Shown: piece by piece, positions 41,801 through 52,251 of the stretch | How the letters are laid out: every line of letters begins with the position of its first letter | Numbering within the stretch: position 1 is the first letter of the stretch | Source of the DNA: an uncultured virus (IMG/VR IMGVR_UViG_3300008262_000183) | Lineage: Duplodnaviria; Heunggongvirae; Uroviricota; Caudoviricetes | Length of the DNA stretch: 64,000 nt | Virus record (IMG/VR): IMGVR_UViG_3300008262_000183 | Strand: one strand, 5' to 3' | Made by a program: the position numbers and the translations under genes | Notes under the pieces: generated by a model | Seen by the model: only the letters and a program-made list of their open reading frames with translations | Database searches by the model: none | Told to the model about the DNA's origin: nothing

Positions 41801-43937
41801 ATTCGCTGTGTGTGATGTTTACACCGGGCAAACTGATTGTAAATTAGTTAGTGATGTTGTTATTAATTTAACTGGCGTAACTGTTCAAAACAATTATACT
41901 GGGGTTCCTAATTGGGGAATCTACATGCATAAAAATTGTGATGAAGGGGTTAACGTTTATCATGGTGTTACTAATGACCCTACAACATTTTTCCTTAAAT
42001 CGACTGGAGATACCTGTCAATTTATTGTTACAAATGTAAAAGAAGACGATGAGATTGATGTTTTAATTACCGATGCAGCGAACTGTGATCTTAAATTTAA
42101 AATACAAGGTTTAGGAATTAATTATGTTTCAGAAACTGCACACACAATATCTCCAAATGTACAATTTAGAAACAGTTATGATGTTGGATTAAAATCTGAT
42201 TCAAAGGTATATCGTGTAAGTGGTGTTACAATTAATTCTAATACAACATCTCAAGATATAAACAATTACATTACATCGGGAAATTTAATCGAAACAAATG
42301 TTTCAGCATTAGTTAGCGGCCAAACAATATTAACCGCGAATTTATTACCATGTTCTGGATTCACGAGCAGTATGTTTGAAAATTCAGAATTAAGTGGTGA
42401 TTATTCTTTCTCATATGATTATTCAGCAAGTACTATATCATATATTGATTGTCTTGGATCGGTGAAAACTAGTTTAATTACCGGTATAACATCAAATGGT
42501 GTATATGAAGTATTTGAAGTTTTACCAACAACAAAATTAAGAGTATATACAAATAAAGTTGTTGACGAAAGTGGTGTGCAACCAATAACAAGAAAAAAAT
42601 CTTACTTTTTTGTTAGTAGATCACCAGAGTTTTTACAATTAAAACCAGAAGAACAACAAGAACCATGTTGTGATTATCCATCAGATTATTATGATACTGG
42701 TGATTTTATCATAACTGAAACTGGGGAATTAATCGAAGTTGTTTCGGTAGATTTAAATTATTGTGAACCAAATCTTTATTTCAATATAAATGTAACTGGT
42801 GATACTAATTTAACAAACTTAGTAGTATTCAATGGTAATAATAACCACACATTATTAGTTCAACACGAATATGTTGAGACAAATCCAATGGATGCCTATC
42901 TTCAACAATATTATGTTAATGAACCATATTGTTCACCAATACCAATCAGTGGTTTAACTAGAGATATTGATGGTTTTGATGTATGTACTGATCCACCTAT
43001 TGCAACATGCGATATAGTGTATGGATATGTTACGCCAACACCTACACCGGTACCAACAACTCCAACCGCAACACCAACTAGTACACCTACGCCAACTCCA
43101 ACAGCGACTCCAACTGCAACACCTAGCCCAACGCCTAGTTCAACACCTACTGCTACACCTACGCCAACACCAACTGTTGATTGTTCATTTGATGCAACAT
43201 TTACAGAAGTGTTTATTACTGCTACACCAACACCAACACCAACTGCTACGACTGGACCAACACCAACTCCAACTGCGACATCTATTATTAGTAGTACACC
43301 AACGCCTACACCAACTCAATCATTTAATACAACTTGGTTCTACACTAATGGAAGGATATGTGAAAATAATATCTATTGGTTGAATAACACACCACAAGAA
43401 GTTGCAGATTATATAAATCATGTACTGATAAGTCCTAATTCAAGTTATGGTGGGTCACAATATGCATATCCATCATCTCAAACATTAGGTGTTGGAACAG
43501 AAATATATAGTGGAAATATTACATACAATTTCTGTAGCTCATGTAATTTTACGGCGGTACAAACAGATTTTCCAGGAAATATAGACCGAAATGTGTCTAA
43601 TATAATTAAGGTTGTTAATGGTATAGTAACTGAATTCACGCCATTAACATCATTTACATTTAATGCGATTTCGTGTCCTGTTACAATTTATAATATTAGC
43701 ACTGGACAAACCAACCCATCGACAGAAGGTTGTACAGAATTGTCTGGACCATATCCATATACAGCATATGGCAACAACTCAGATTGGACATTAGTAACTA
43801 GATTCTATTCTGAAGCCACTATGTCAGTGCGATATTATGGACAAAATAAATATTATGGTAGCAATCATGCATCAAATGCCGGAACGGAATTAAAAATAGA
43901 TAATAATGGTAATGTGACAGACTCATATGCGTGTTAA
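38874..43937 (+). CDS. Baseplate wedge/tail protein (gp7/P2 I-like) with PT linkers and a C-terminal accessory domain
   Basis: LKNLANTLG...YKSKGTRSSLQFFLKFIG is a P2-I-like motif. Pro/Thr repeats run from about 43030 to 43320. Confidence 0.6.
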   Translation: MANRKVPSQSGGGFETFSDSLVGRQITDGTSQLTNTNFTLDRTTPEKDEKTFRTAPFSEFLTLDTLKVEEDVPTTVVQSDGKKRPIRFNNSKKDAAKSLFGSLRERLRVSIARIVKNFPAGLYADSSSIFSVNNLTCENIVYTSSSNKTTFNVHSTKFFNPFEIILKKPPQADLVESENKLRNFYSSYKKYSLEINGVLYPIVSYTEPDVNKYIQLEVTGKPFTGSTYTSSYLIKPNDSVVEEFFLGLDDLESTILNRETYPIYESSFKVPRTSLDESKTEIVSVVVNWPLAKDNWNIAIDGLAFDEYLNKLNNLADEIDDYKSNLVTRFLTAPQLFEFDSKDQKADKIFQLYGQSFDNVKKYIDNIAYMRNVSYDSINNIPDVFLKNLANTLGLSTIDLFDEKSLEEQIYKNSNVIYNGQSIGKNLVEGELEFYRRLLVNLAYIYKSKGTRSSLQFFLKFIGAPDPLIRIDEYTYRVNSAIPAATTEEDIFNVINNVGTNNRISFNQTTYTYSLSAATGTTSVTQTSDYPVDPVTYQPKAPTTNQDNVFFQMGSGWYTTTLNHRGPDILDTENSVLTGRTKTILTTAKPYTYGEDYFNIYRTLPGLDYGFTLTSQIDNVKGQILDDENSSNLTLNRKNINVFIDAANAVNYDIWTKSRQLEVTFGTNSLEPQTSISFSEFLGNVLNGQIKNSNTIKYKKNYIQLEDVYQDYVNQLQLSGYTPYDIVTVSDFVNKMSPYWTSVLDQIVPSTTLWMGGNLVTNSVFGRPKYAYKKPCKPLEIVENLYPDFESFIEEDLETIIGEPDKLRGLTYFSGVTFTLSIEIDGVEYTGSTQVSITGSTIFPSGFTASNSCDILANSSTAIPLICEYKNWISLNLTTIKANWDQAIANLVANINDTYTQYSATNVPSYVPTGATLSRDSQLLSYEIFEDTNQVKKIKFILNNNGDCRGDRSLDFYFSANYGVTQDPKCYMDAEIFAVCDVYTGQTDCKLVSDVVINLTGVTVQNNYTGVPNWGIYMHKNCDEGVNVYHGVTNDPTTFFLKSTGDTCQFIVTNVKEDDEIDVLITDAANCDLKFKIQGLGINYVSETAHTISPNVQFRNSYDVGLKSDSKVYRVSGVTINSNTTSQDINNYITSGNLIETNVSALVSGQTILTANLLPCSGFTSSMFENSELSGDYSFSYDYSASTISYIDCLGSVKTSLITGITSNGVYEVFEVLPTTKLRVYTNKVVDESGVQPITRKKSYFFVSRSPEFLQLKPEEQQEPCCDYPSDYYDTGDFIITETGELIEVVSVDLNYCEPNLYFNINVTGDTNLTNLVVFNGNNNHTLLVQHEYVETNPMDAYLQQYYVNEPYCSPIPISGLTRDIDGFDVCTDPPIATCDIVYGYVTPTPTPVPTTPTATPTSTPTPTPTATPTATPSPTPSSTPTATPTPTPTVDCSFDATFTEVFITATPTPTPTATTGPTPTPTATSIISSTPTPTPTQSFNTTWFYTNGRICENNIYWLNNTPQEVADYINHVLISPNSSYGGSQYAYPSSQTLGVGTEIYSGNITYNFCSSCNFTAVQTDFPGNIDRNVSNIIKVVNGIVTEFTPLTSFTFNAISCPVTIYNISTGQTNPSTEGCTELSGPYPYTAYGNNSDWTLVTRFYSEATMSVRYYGQNKYYGSNHASNAGTELKIDNNGNVTDSYAC

Positions 43938-43957
43938 AAAATAATTATATATAAAAA

Positions 43958-45847
43958 ATGTCAAGATACTTTAATATAAAAATTACATCAGGAACATCGG
44001 TTGGACCATACAACGTTTACTACAACGCAACGGGTTCAACATATGCAACCTTGGTTAGTAATGGAAGTAACGCGACGGGCTTAACATATAGTCAATTAAC
44101 AACTGGAAACGGTGTTTTAGTTTCAATACCAACTGAATCAACAAGTATTATTTTATATAATACATTAGAAGAATGTAAGTCAGATATAACATTTGTATTC
44201 CCAACTCCAACCCCAACTCCAACGCCTGATTGTGCGTTTGATGTTAATACAAATGTAATTACAGCAACTCCGACTCCAACCCCAACTCCAACACCTGATT
44301 GTGCATTTGATGTGGATTTAAATGTTGTTACAGCCACACCAACACCAACTCCTACCCCAACTGAAAACTGTGAGTTTGATGTGGATTTAAATGTGATTAC
44401 CGCAACACCTACCCCCACACCAACACCAACACCTAATTGTGAGTTCGATGTAGATTTAAATGTTGTCACTGCGACTCCTACACCAACTCCAACTCCAACT
44501 GAAAATTGTGAGTTTGATATCAATTTAAATGTTGTGACGGCCACGCCAACTCCAACACCCACACCAACTGAAAATTGTGAATTCGATGTAAACTTAAACG
44601 TGGTAACAGCAACCCCAACCCCTACATCGACTCCAACACCAACCCCTACCCCAACTGAAAATTGTGAGTTTGATGTAAACTTAAATGTTGTAACTGCTAC
44701 CCCAACTCCAACACCGACACCGACCTCTACCCCAACGCCAACACCTACTCCAACTGAAAACTGTGAGTTTGATGTTAACTTAAATGTAATAACAGCCACG
44801 CCAACACCTACATCGACACCAACACCAACGCCAACTCCAACTGAAAATTGTGAGTTTGATGTGAATACAACCGTGGTAACAGCAACCCCAACACCTACTG
44901 AAACCCCAACACCTACTCCTACTCCAACTGAAAATTGTGAGTTTGACGTAAATACAATTGTTATTACAGCAACTCCGACACCGACACCAACACCTACTGA
45001 AACACCTACCCCTACTCCAACACCAACAGAAAATTGTGAATTTGGTGTTGATGCAAATATTATCACAGCCACTCCAACCCCAACGGCTACACCAACACCG
45101 ACTCCAAGTCCGACCCCAAGTCCGACACCAAGTCCAACACCTACTGAAACACCTACCCCTACTCCAACACCAACAACAGATTGTGTATTTGAGGGGGCAA
45201 TTGGTCAACCATTAGTGGTGGATGAGAATACAGAAATAAACATATGGTTTGATGATAGTGGATCAATGAATGCGACATTAACACCACTACAAACTATGAG
45301 AAACACAATATTAAGAGATTGTTTAGTTCAGTTCTATAACAATGACTATGATCTATATGATCAAAATGTTACTGTAAGTAATTTCAGTGCTAAATCAGGT
45401 GGATTTGAAAGAACTTTATTTATGTTGAATACTAGTGGATCTACACCAAGTACAACAAAAGTTATTAATCTAGTATTCCAAGATGAAGCATCACCGTATA
45501 GTGCTGATGGTAGCTCATTTAATACCGGAGTAAGAACCGCACAATATGATTTGGATTTAGCTTCTTTAAGAACAAATCTTGGCAGTGCACCTAATAATAG
45601 TTATTATAGAGGTATCGTATTTAGAGTAAACACTGGTCCAAATTCATACGATGGATTTAGACAATTCTTAGCTGCTGTTAAGAATGGTACAGGATCATAT
45701 TCTGGAACAAATGGTTTATCAGACAAAAATGAAATTACATATATTGAAAATGTAACACAAGGATCAACACCACAATATTATGCGGATCAAATAATAACTG
45801 GATTAAATACGTTAGGTTATAGCTTAAACCTATGTAGTGGAAGTTAA
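43958..45847 (+). CDS. PT-repeat adhesin-like protein with a C-terminal vWA-like domain
   Basis: Twelve (TP)n-xxCxFDVxxNVxTA modules. [11 protein letters not shown] contains a MIDAS DxSxS motif. Confidence 0.65.
   Translation: MSRYFNIKITSGTSVGPYNVYYNATGSTYATLVSNGSNATGLTYSQLTTGNGVLVSIPTESTSIILYNTLEECKSDITFVFPTPTPTPTPDCAFDVNTNVITATPTPTPTPTPDCAFDVDLNVVTATPTPTPTPTENCEFDVDLNVITATPTPTPTPTPNCEFDVDLNVVTATPTPTPTPTENCEFDINLNVVTATPTPTPTPTENCEFDVNLNVVTATPTPTSTPTPTPTPTENCEFDVNLNVVTATPTPTPTPTSTPTPTPTPTENCEFDVNLNVITATPTPTSTPTPTPTPTENCEFDVNTTVVTATPTPTETPTPTPTPTENCEFDVNTIVITATPTPTPTPTETPTPTPTPTENCEFGVDANIITATPTPTATPTPTPSPTPSPTPSPTPTETPTPTPTPTTDCVFEGAIGQPLVVDENTEINIWFDDSGSMNATLTPLQTMRNTILRDCLVQFYNNDYDLYDQNVTVSNFSAKSGGFERTLFMLNTSGSTPSTTKVINLVFQDEASPYSADGSSFNTGVRTAQYDLDLASLRTNLGSAPNNSYYRGIVFRVNTGPNSYDGFRQFLAAVKNGTGSYSGTNGLSDKNEITYIENVTQGSTPQYYADQIITGLNTLGYSLNLCSGS
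44200..45195 (+). repeat. Coding tandem repeat of about 12 units of 69 nt or more
   Basis: Recurring gaaaa(t/c)tgtga(g/a)tt(t/c)gatgt core separated by acNccN runs of variable length. Confidence 0.9.
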
Positions 45848-45870
45848 TGAGTAAATAATTATATAAAGTA

Positions 45871-48800
45871 ATGGCGAAACAATACACGGTTAATATAGTA
45901 TCAGGAACAGCACCAGGACCATACAACATCTACTATGATGTTGTTAATCCTTCAAATATTGCTACCGTTGTATCAACATCTCAACCAGCAACAGGGATCA
46001 CATATTCTGATTTAACAGATATTGATGGTGTGCTAGTTTCTGTGCCAGATGAAGCAATAAAAATAGTATTATACAATACAGATCAAAACTGTTTGGCTGG
46101 AGATGAATTAATATTACCAACACCAACCCCAACACCGACTCCAAGTCCAACGCCAACTCCGAGTCCAACCCCAACCTCAACTCCGACACCAACACCTACA
46201 CCAACACCGAATTGCGATTTTGATGTTAATACAAACGTAATTACCGCAACACCAACCCCGAGTCCGTCTCCAACACCAACACCAACGCCAACACTTAATT
46301 GTGAATTTGATGTTAACGTTAATGTTAATTTCCCGCCAACAGATATTTCATTAAGTAATAACACAATTAATGAAAATAGTGCTATTAACACTACTATTGG
46401 TACACTATCTGTCACAACATTAGATAATAGTGACACACACACATATACAGTTATAAGTGGTGGAACAAACTTTAATATTTCTGGTACGTCATTAAGATCA
46501 TCACAAAGTTTTAATTATGAATCCGCAACATCACATAGTGTTACAATAAGAGTTACAGATAGCGTTGGTCAATATTTTGATAAGGCATTTACAATTAACA
46601 TTCTTAATGTTAATGAAGCACCTTATGGTTTAACTATTAATAATAGTTCACAACAAGAGAATACAGCAACCGGAACAACAATTGGTACATTTAGTGCATT
46701 AGACGTTGATGCTGGGGATACTTTTACATATGCTTTAGTAAGTGGAACTGGCGACACAGATAATGCAAGTTTTACACTATCTAGTGCTGGTGTGTTAAAA
46801 AATGCGGTAGTTTTTAATTACGAGTCAAAAACATCTTACTCAATAAGAGTGAGAACAACAGATGCTGGCGGATTAACATACGATGGAACATTTACAATAA
46901 ATGTAACAAATGTTAATGAAGCCCCAACAAATATTTCTTTAAGTTCTTCATCTATATCTGAAAACGTACCAACAGGAACAACTATTGGAACACTATCGGC
47001 AACAGATCCTGATGCTAGTGATACTTTTACATTCACATTACATGATACCGTAACATATCCCGATAACTCAAGTTTTTATATTGATGGAACAACATTAAAA
47101 AGTTCTGTTGTTTTTAATTATGAAACTAAATCTAGTTATTCAATTAGGGTTAGAGCAACAGATGCCGGTGGGTTAACATTTGATAAAACCATAACAATTA
47201 CAATTACAAATGTAACAATTTCTGTAACAGCGTCAGCAACAACAAATGTAACATGTAATGGTGGATCTAACGGTGTTATAACAGTATCAAATGCTAGTGG
47301 AGGTACCGCAAGTTACACATATTCTAAAGACGGTAGCAATTATCAATCAAGTACTATTTTTAGTGGATTAACTGCGGGTTCTTATACAATTTATGCAAAA
47401 GATTCTTATAATGAAGTTGGTAGTACTTCAGTTACAGTTACACAACCATCGGTTGTTTCAGTAAGTGCATCCGGCACTAATCCAACTTGTAATGCCAGTA
47501 CAGATGGATCAATTACCGTTTCTTCTGCTTCTGGTGGATCTGGAAGTGGGTACACATATTCTAAAGATGGTACAAACTATCAGACCGGCACAACTTTTAG
47601 TAATTTAGCAAATGGAACATATACAATTTATGCTAAAGATAGTAACAATTGTACGGGATCAACTTCAGTTACATTGAGTAGGACTCAGGTCACAGCAACG
47701 GTATCTCAAGTAAACAACACTTGTTATGGTGCATCAGGTGGTGAAATAACGGTATCGTCATTAAGTGGCGGACAAGGTGGCCCATATTCAACAAAATTAA
47801 ATGCGGGTGGAACTTATCAAGTAATAACAACATCTAGAACATATTCTTCATTAGCTGCTGGAACATATACCATTTATGTTAAAGATAGTGCAAACTGCGA
47901 AAACACATATTCGGTAACAATAACAGAACCAACACAGATTAGTATTTCAGCATCAGGGACAAACCCAACTTGTTGGGATGGTAGTGATGGTTCTATAAGC
48001 GTATCGGCGTCTAGCGGGACAGGAACAAAAACATATTCAATAAATGGCACGAATTACCAATCTTCTGGTACGTTTAGTAGTTTAAGTAATGGTACTTACA
48101 CAGTTTATGCAAAAGATGCAAACAATTGTGTTGTAACAACTTCAGTTACACTAAATAGAACAGCTCCAAACGCCACATTTACACCAACAAATATTGCATG
48201 TAATGGTGATAGTACTGGATCGATAGCTGTAACAAGTTTTACTGGAGGAAATTCACCTTATCGAGTTTCAAAAGACGGGACAAATTATACTGGATTCGTT
48301 TCATCACATACTTTCACTTCTTTGTCCGCCGGAACTTATACCATTTATGTTAAAGATAATAGCAATTGTGTTAAATCATATTCTGTTACTGTTACACAAC
48401 CAACAGCACTTTCAATTAGTGTGACAGATGCAACAGCACCAACTTGTTGGGATGGTAGTAACGGAAGTATCACCGTTTCTGGTTCTGGCGGTACTGGAAC
48501 AAAAACATATTCAATAAATGGTATAAACTTCCAATCAAGCGGAACATTTAGTAGTTTAAGTAACGGAACATATATTTTATATGTAAAAGATCAAAATGAT
48601 TGCGTTACGGCAACAACACAAGTATTATCAAAATCTGCACCTAATGCAACAACAACAGTAACAAATGTAACCTGTTTTAACGATTCTACTGGCCAAATTG
48701 CAGTAACAAACGGTACTGGCGGAAGCGGAAGTGGGTATCAAGCAAATATAAGTGGCGGGGCATATTTTAATTTACCAAAAACATTCACTGGATTAAGTTC

Positions 48801-49929
48801 CGGTACCTATACAATAGGTATTAAAGATGGTGCAACATGTACACAAACATACAGCGTAGCTGTAACACAAAATTCAATAGTAACAGCATCAGTTTCATCA
48901 ACAAACCCATCCACATATACCGGAACAGGAACAATTACAGTTAGTAGTCCACAGGGTGGAACTGGATCTGGATTTGCAGATTATGATGTGAAGCTAAATT
49001 CTGGTACATATGAAACGTTTAGTTCAAGTAGTAAACAATACACAGGATTAGGATCGGGGACATATAGTGTTTATGTTAGAGATAATTCAGATTGTGAAAG
49101 AATTGTTTCAAATGTAACAATTACAATTCCTACAGCACCAACAGCGCAAATAGCGTATTCAAACATTAGTTGTAATGGTGGATCTGATGGTAGCTACACA
49201 ATCTCAAATCCTAGTGGTGGAAGTGGTAGTGGTTATCAAGTTGCATTTAGCGAAGATGGTTATTTCCCATATTATAATTTACCTAAAACATTCAGTAATT
49301 TAGTTGCTAATACAACATACACATTTAGGGTAAAAGATGGTGCTAACGCAACAAATGATTTGACCCCAGCCCAATTGTCACAACCAACACAAGGAACAGC
49401 ATCGATATCCGTTGTTACACAACCAGATTGTGATAGTAGTGGTGTTATTCAAGTATCTTCTAGCGGCGGAATTTTCCCTAAAACATATCAAGTTTATGAG
49501 GATAATACATCACCATATAATGATCCTATTAACACATCTTTAATTGCAACATTTACTGGCGTCAATAGTGGTGATGCAACTAGAAATGTAACCGGATTGA
49601 CCGCTTCTTTTGCATATCGTGTTAAAGTTACTGATGCAAATGGTTGTGTGGTTACAAGTAGTATGGTGACACTAGATTCATGTGCTCCAGCATATGATTA
49701 CTATAATGTTGAGGTTTATAACTGTAGCGGTTGTAGTTTATCCGGAACAGGTGTTGCTAGAATCGCAGCGGGGGCAATAGTAGCATTGAATGAGTTCTAT
49801 CCATCATCCGCAGGCCCTGATGGTTATGCATATAAACTAGTAAGTAATGCTTCTGGTCCTAGCTACGTTTATGAATTGACAGAGATTTATGGATCATTTA
49901 GTTCATGTTCACAATTATGTAATGCTTAA
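45871..49929 (+). CDS. Tail fibre/adhesin with PT linkers, three cadherin-like domains and SprB-like repeats
   Basis: [17 protein letters not shown] and NVNEAP are cadherin motifs. TC.G..DGSITV..SGG...Y.YS.....F..L..GTYT.Y.KD.N.C is the SprB repeat. Confidence 0.8.
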   Translation: MAKQYTVNIVSGTAPGPYNIYYDVVNPSNIATVVSTSQPATGITYSDLTDIDGVLVSVPDEAIKIVLYNTDQNCLAGDELILPTPTPTPTPSPTPTPSPTPTSTPTPTPTPTPNCDFDVNTNVITATPTPSPSPTPTPTPTLNCEFDVNVNVNFPPTDISLSNNTINENSAINTTIGTLSVTTLDNSDTHTYTVISGGTNFNISGTSLRSSQSFNYESATSHSVTIRVTDSVGQYFDKAFTINILNVNEAPYGLTINNSSQQENTATGTTIGTFSALDVDAGDTFTYALVSGTGDTDNASFTLSSAGVLKNAVVFNYESKTSYSIRVRTTDAGGLTYDGTFTINVTNVNEAPTNISLSSSSISENVPTGTTIGTLSATDPDASDTFTFTLHDTVTYPDNSSFYIDGTTLKSSVVFNYETKSSYSIRVRATDAGGLTFDKTITITITNVTISVTASATTNVTCNGGSNGVITVSNASGGTASYTYSKDGSNYQSSTIFSGLTAGSYTIYAKDSYNEVGSTSVTVTQPSVVSVSASGTNPTCNASTDGSITVSSASGGSGSGYTYSKDGTNYQTGTTFSNLANGTYTIYAKDSNNCTGSTSVTLSRTQVTATVSQVNNTCYGASGGEITVSSLSGGQGGPYSTKLNAGGTYQVITTSRTYSSLAAGTYTIYVKDSANCENTYSVTITEPTQISISASGTNPTCWDGSDGSISVSASSGTGTKTYSINGTNYQSSGTFSSLSNGTYTVYAKDANNCVVTTSVTLNRTAPNATFTPTNIACNGDSTGSIAVTSFTGGNSPYRVSKDGTNYTGFVSSHTFTSLSAGTYTIYVKDNSNCVKSYSVTVTQPTALSISVTDATAPTCWDGSNGSITVSGSGGTGTKTYSINGINFQSSGTFSSLSNGTYILYVKDQNDCVTATTQVLSKSAPNATTTVTNVTCFNDSTGQIAVTNGTGGSGSGYQANISGGAYFNLPKTFTGLSSGTYTIGIKDGATCTQTYSVAVTQNSIVTASVSSTNPSTYTGTGTITVSSPQGGTGSGFADYDVKLNSGTYETFSSSSKQYTGLGSGTYSVYVRDNSDCERIVSNVTITIPTAPTAQIAYSNISCNGGSDGSYTISNPSGGSGSGYQVAFSEDGYFPYYNLPKTFSNLVANTTYTFRVKDGANATNDLTPAQLSQPTQGTASISVVTQPDCDSSGVIQVSSSGGIFPKTYQVYEDNTSPYNDPINTSLIATFTGVNSGDATRNVTGLTASFAYRVKVTDANGCVVTSSMVTLDSCAPAYDYYNVEVYNCSGCSLSGTGVARIAAGAIVALNEFYPSSAGPDGYAYKLVSNASGPSYVYELTEIYGSFSSCSQLCNA

Positions 49930-49977
49930 AATAATTTATTTACAATAAACGGATATTTATAATAAAAAAAGAAAACA

Positions 49978-50568
49978 ATGACAATTACATTCACATTACA
50001 ATCGCCTTATACTGGTGCAACATATGTGGCCGGTCCATTTAATATTTCAGGAACAACTACTGGTGGAACCACCTATCAATTAGCAACAGGGGTAACGAAA
50101 AATCAATTAATAAGTGGTTATACAATAAACACCACATATGAAACATTAAGTGGTGGTACAATACAAAGCACTGGAACATGTAGCACAAGTCAAGAATGGT
50201 TAACTGGAATTGGTGGCGGTGGAGGTGGAGGCGGATCTCTGGTAGATCTACAAGTATATGGTAAAGATCTTGATGGTACACCAGCAAATGCTTCAGTTTA
50301 TTATCAAGTAAACAGTGGAACAACAGAATATTTAACAACGCTTGATCCATTGACAAATAGTTGTTCTTTAATTGGTACAATTACTGGATTAACATTAGGT
50401 GATATTGTTACAATTGGAACAGACCAAACTTATGCGATGGTCGGGGTTGGGTCATCAACATGTCCAGGATCAGCTACTGGAGGTAACGCAACATATGATC
50501 ATACGATTGGAATTACCAGTGGAAACGATTATGTCGCGTTTGTTTTAGATTCGGGCGCAAGCGTATAA
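49978..50568 (+). CDS. Small two-domain virion accessory protein with a poly-Gly linker
   Basis: The N-terminus AGPFNI...ATGVTKNQL resembles those of 43958 and 45871. GGGGGGGS linker. Confidence 0.55.
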   Translation: MTITFTLQSPYTGATYVAGPFNISGTTTGGTTYQLATGVTKNQLISGYTINTTYETLSGGTIQSTGTCSTSQEWLTGIGGGGGGGGSLVDLQVYGKDLDGTPANASVYYQVNSGTTEYLTTLDPLTNSCSLIGTITGLTLGDIVTIGTDQTYAMVGVGSSTCPGSATGGNATYDHTIGITSGNDYVAFVLDSGASV

Positions 50569-50592
50569 AATTTTTAAATAATATTTTTAATT

Positions 50593-50620
50593 AAAACCCC
50601 TTTATTAAAAGGGGTTTTTT
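50593..50620 (+). terminator. Intrinsic terminator
   Basis: AAAACCCCTTT-ATTA-AAAGGGGTTTT followed by a T-run. Confidence 0.75.
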
Positions 50621-50653
50621 ATTTAAATTTTTATTATCGGTATTTATATAGGT

Positions 50654-51067
50654 ATGGGTTTACACATTAGAGTATATGATATAAATTGTCCAAATCCTTT
50701 TGAACTTTCATATAGGATTGCACCTACACCAGGTAATGAAACAGTTATTGCTACTGGTTACACACAATATGGTGGTACATATCCTTCTAGTGCATCTAGG
50801 AATTATTATACAAACCCAGTTATTTTAACTGGGGCCACATTTGATGATATATTTTTTGACACAGTTTGGATAAAAATACAAGATACTGTTACGGATGGGT
50901 ATATTATTGAAAATGTTAAAATTCATAGTGAAAGTTATTACGATCCGTGTATGCCGATTTGTGATTTTAGTGGCGGATCTGCAACAGCATCAATAACCCC
51001 AACACCAACACCAACTGAAATAATATATTGTGATTTTAACAGTGGAACAGCAACAGCAACAATATAA
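50654..51067 (+). CDS. Small virion accessory protein
   Basis: Two C-terminal CDFxxGxATA motifs separated by TPTPTPT. Confidence 0.6.
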   Translation: MGLHIRVYDINCPNPFELSYRIAPTPGNETVIATGYTQYGGTYPSSASRNYYTNPVILTGATFDDIFFDTVWIKIQDTVTDGYIIENVKIHSESYYDPCMPICDFSGGSATASITPTPTPTEIIYCDFNSGTATATI

Positions 51068-51094
51068 AAATAAAAGAATTAATATTTATAAAAT

Positions 51095-52231
51095 ATGGCA
51101 TTTAACGCGCTAGTAAATTTAGGTACAGTTGGTGAAGATATAACAGGTAGTACTGTTTCAATATCTGGTTGTACAGGTGCTTCTTGTGGAAGTGGTTGTA
51201 CAAGTTTGGCAACAGGACAAGCTGTTTCTGGGTTTCCAAAAACAATATCAATAACTAACGATTTGGTAACCTCTTTATATGTTAAGGTTGATAATGGGCA
51301 ATGTTCGGGGACAACACAATGTATTAATATTAATTTTGTTGCTGGAGCTACAGCAACTCCAACCGCAACACCTACTAATACACCAACACCAACGCCTACA
51401 GCAACGCCCGTAGGTCCAACCGCAACACCAACAAGTACACCAACAAGCACACCTACTAGTACACCAACACCAACACCTACAGCAACAGTTGTAATGTATG
51501 GTTGTGGTGATACTGTGTCTGATACATACGCACCAAGTACATTTGTAACACAAACAAAATATCTCGATTTGAGTGATGCAACAAATGGCGATATAGTTAC
51601 AATCACATTTGTGGCAAATGATAGACCAAATAGATTTAACATATATGGTGATAGCTCATTAATTGCGAACAGTGGTTGGGTTGGATCTGATAATACATAT
51701 GCCGGCCCTTGGGGTAGCGCAGGTAGTTTGGTTGATACTGATGGTAATGGATCATTTAACTTTACATATTCATCTGGAACAACATATGAATTACGTGTTG
51801 ATGTTGGCCCAGCAAATCCTGATGGAACACCACCAAATCCATCAGATGCTTGGAGTGTAACAATAGGCTGTAGCCCAGCACCAACTGCAACACCAGAGCC
51901 AACAGCGGTACCTTACTACGATTTTTATATAGCTTCTCCATCGCAAACGAGTCAAACTCAAACAACATATTGTTCGAGCCCTGGATATGTTATGTCAGCG
52001 GTAGTTAAATCAACGTCATCTACAATTTCAGGAATGCTTAATTATACTATATATGATTCCAACGGTGATCCGATTGTTGGTGCGGGATCAGGTTATGTTT
52101 ATGCAATTAGCACAACCCAATATGAAAACACATATACTCTTGGAACATATTATTTTGTCGAAATCGATTCAATGGGTATGGTAACTAATGTTGGAAATGT
52201 GTCGTGTAGCGGCGGCGAAAATCCATTTTAA
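51095..52231 (+). CDS. PT-linker multidomain virion accessory protein
   Basis: Cys-rich N-terminal domain, PT linker and two beta-rich domains. Confidence 0.6.
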   Translation: MAFNALVNLGTVGEDITGSTVSISGCTGASCGSGCTSLATGQAVSGFPKTISITNDLVTSLYVKVDNGQCSGTTQCININFVAGATATPTATPTNTPTPTPTATPVGPTATPTSTPTSTPTSTPTPTPTATVVMYGCGDTVSDTYAPSTFVTQTKYLDLSDATNGDIVTITFVANDRPNRFNIYGDSSLIANSGWVGSDNTYAGPWGSAGSLVDTDGNGSFNFTYSSGTTYELRVDVGPANPDGTPPNPSDAWSVTIGCSPAPTATPEPTAVPYYDFYIASPSQTSQTQTTYCSSPGYVMSAVVKSTSSTISGMLNYTIYDSNGDPIVGAGSGYVYAISTTQYENTYTLGTYYFVEIDSMGMVTNVGNVSCSGGENPF

Positions 52232-52251
52232 ATAAAAATATAAAATAAAAT

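Noticed and set aside
44092..45072. 326-aa minus-strand ORF of VGVGVG repeats, and similar ORFs at 46083 and 51079
   Set aside because: These are antisense shadows of the Pro/Thr codon repeats on the + strand.
44200..45195. Repeat-spacer pattern resembling a CRISPR array
   Set aside because: The units are in-frame coding with synonymous variation, the 'spacers' are PT codons, and there are no cas genes.
43030..52231. Diversity-generating retroelement acting on the adhesins
   Set aside because: No reverse transcriptase and no TR/VR pair with adenine-specific mismatches is visible in this window.
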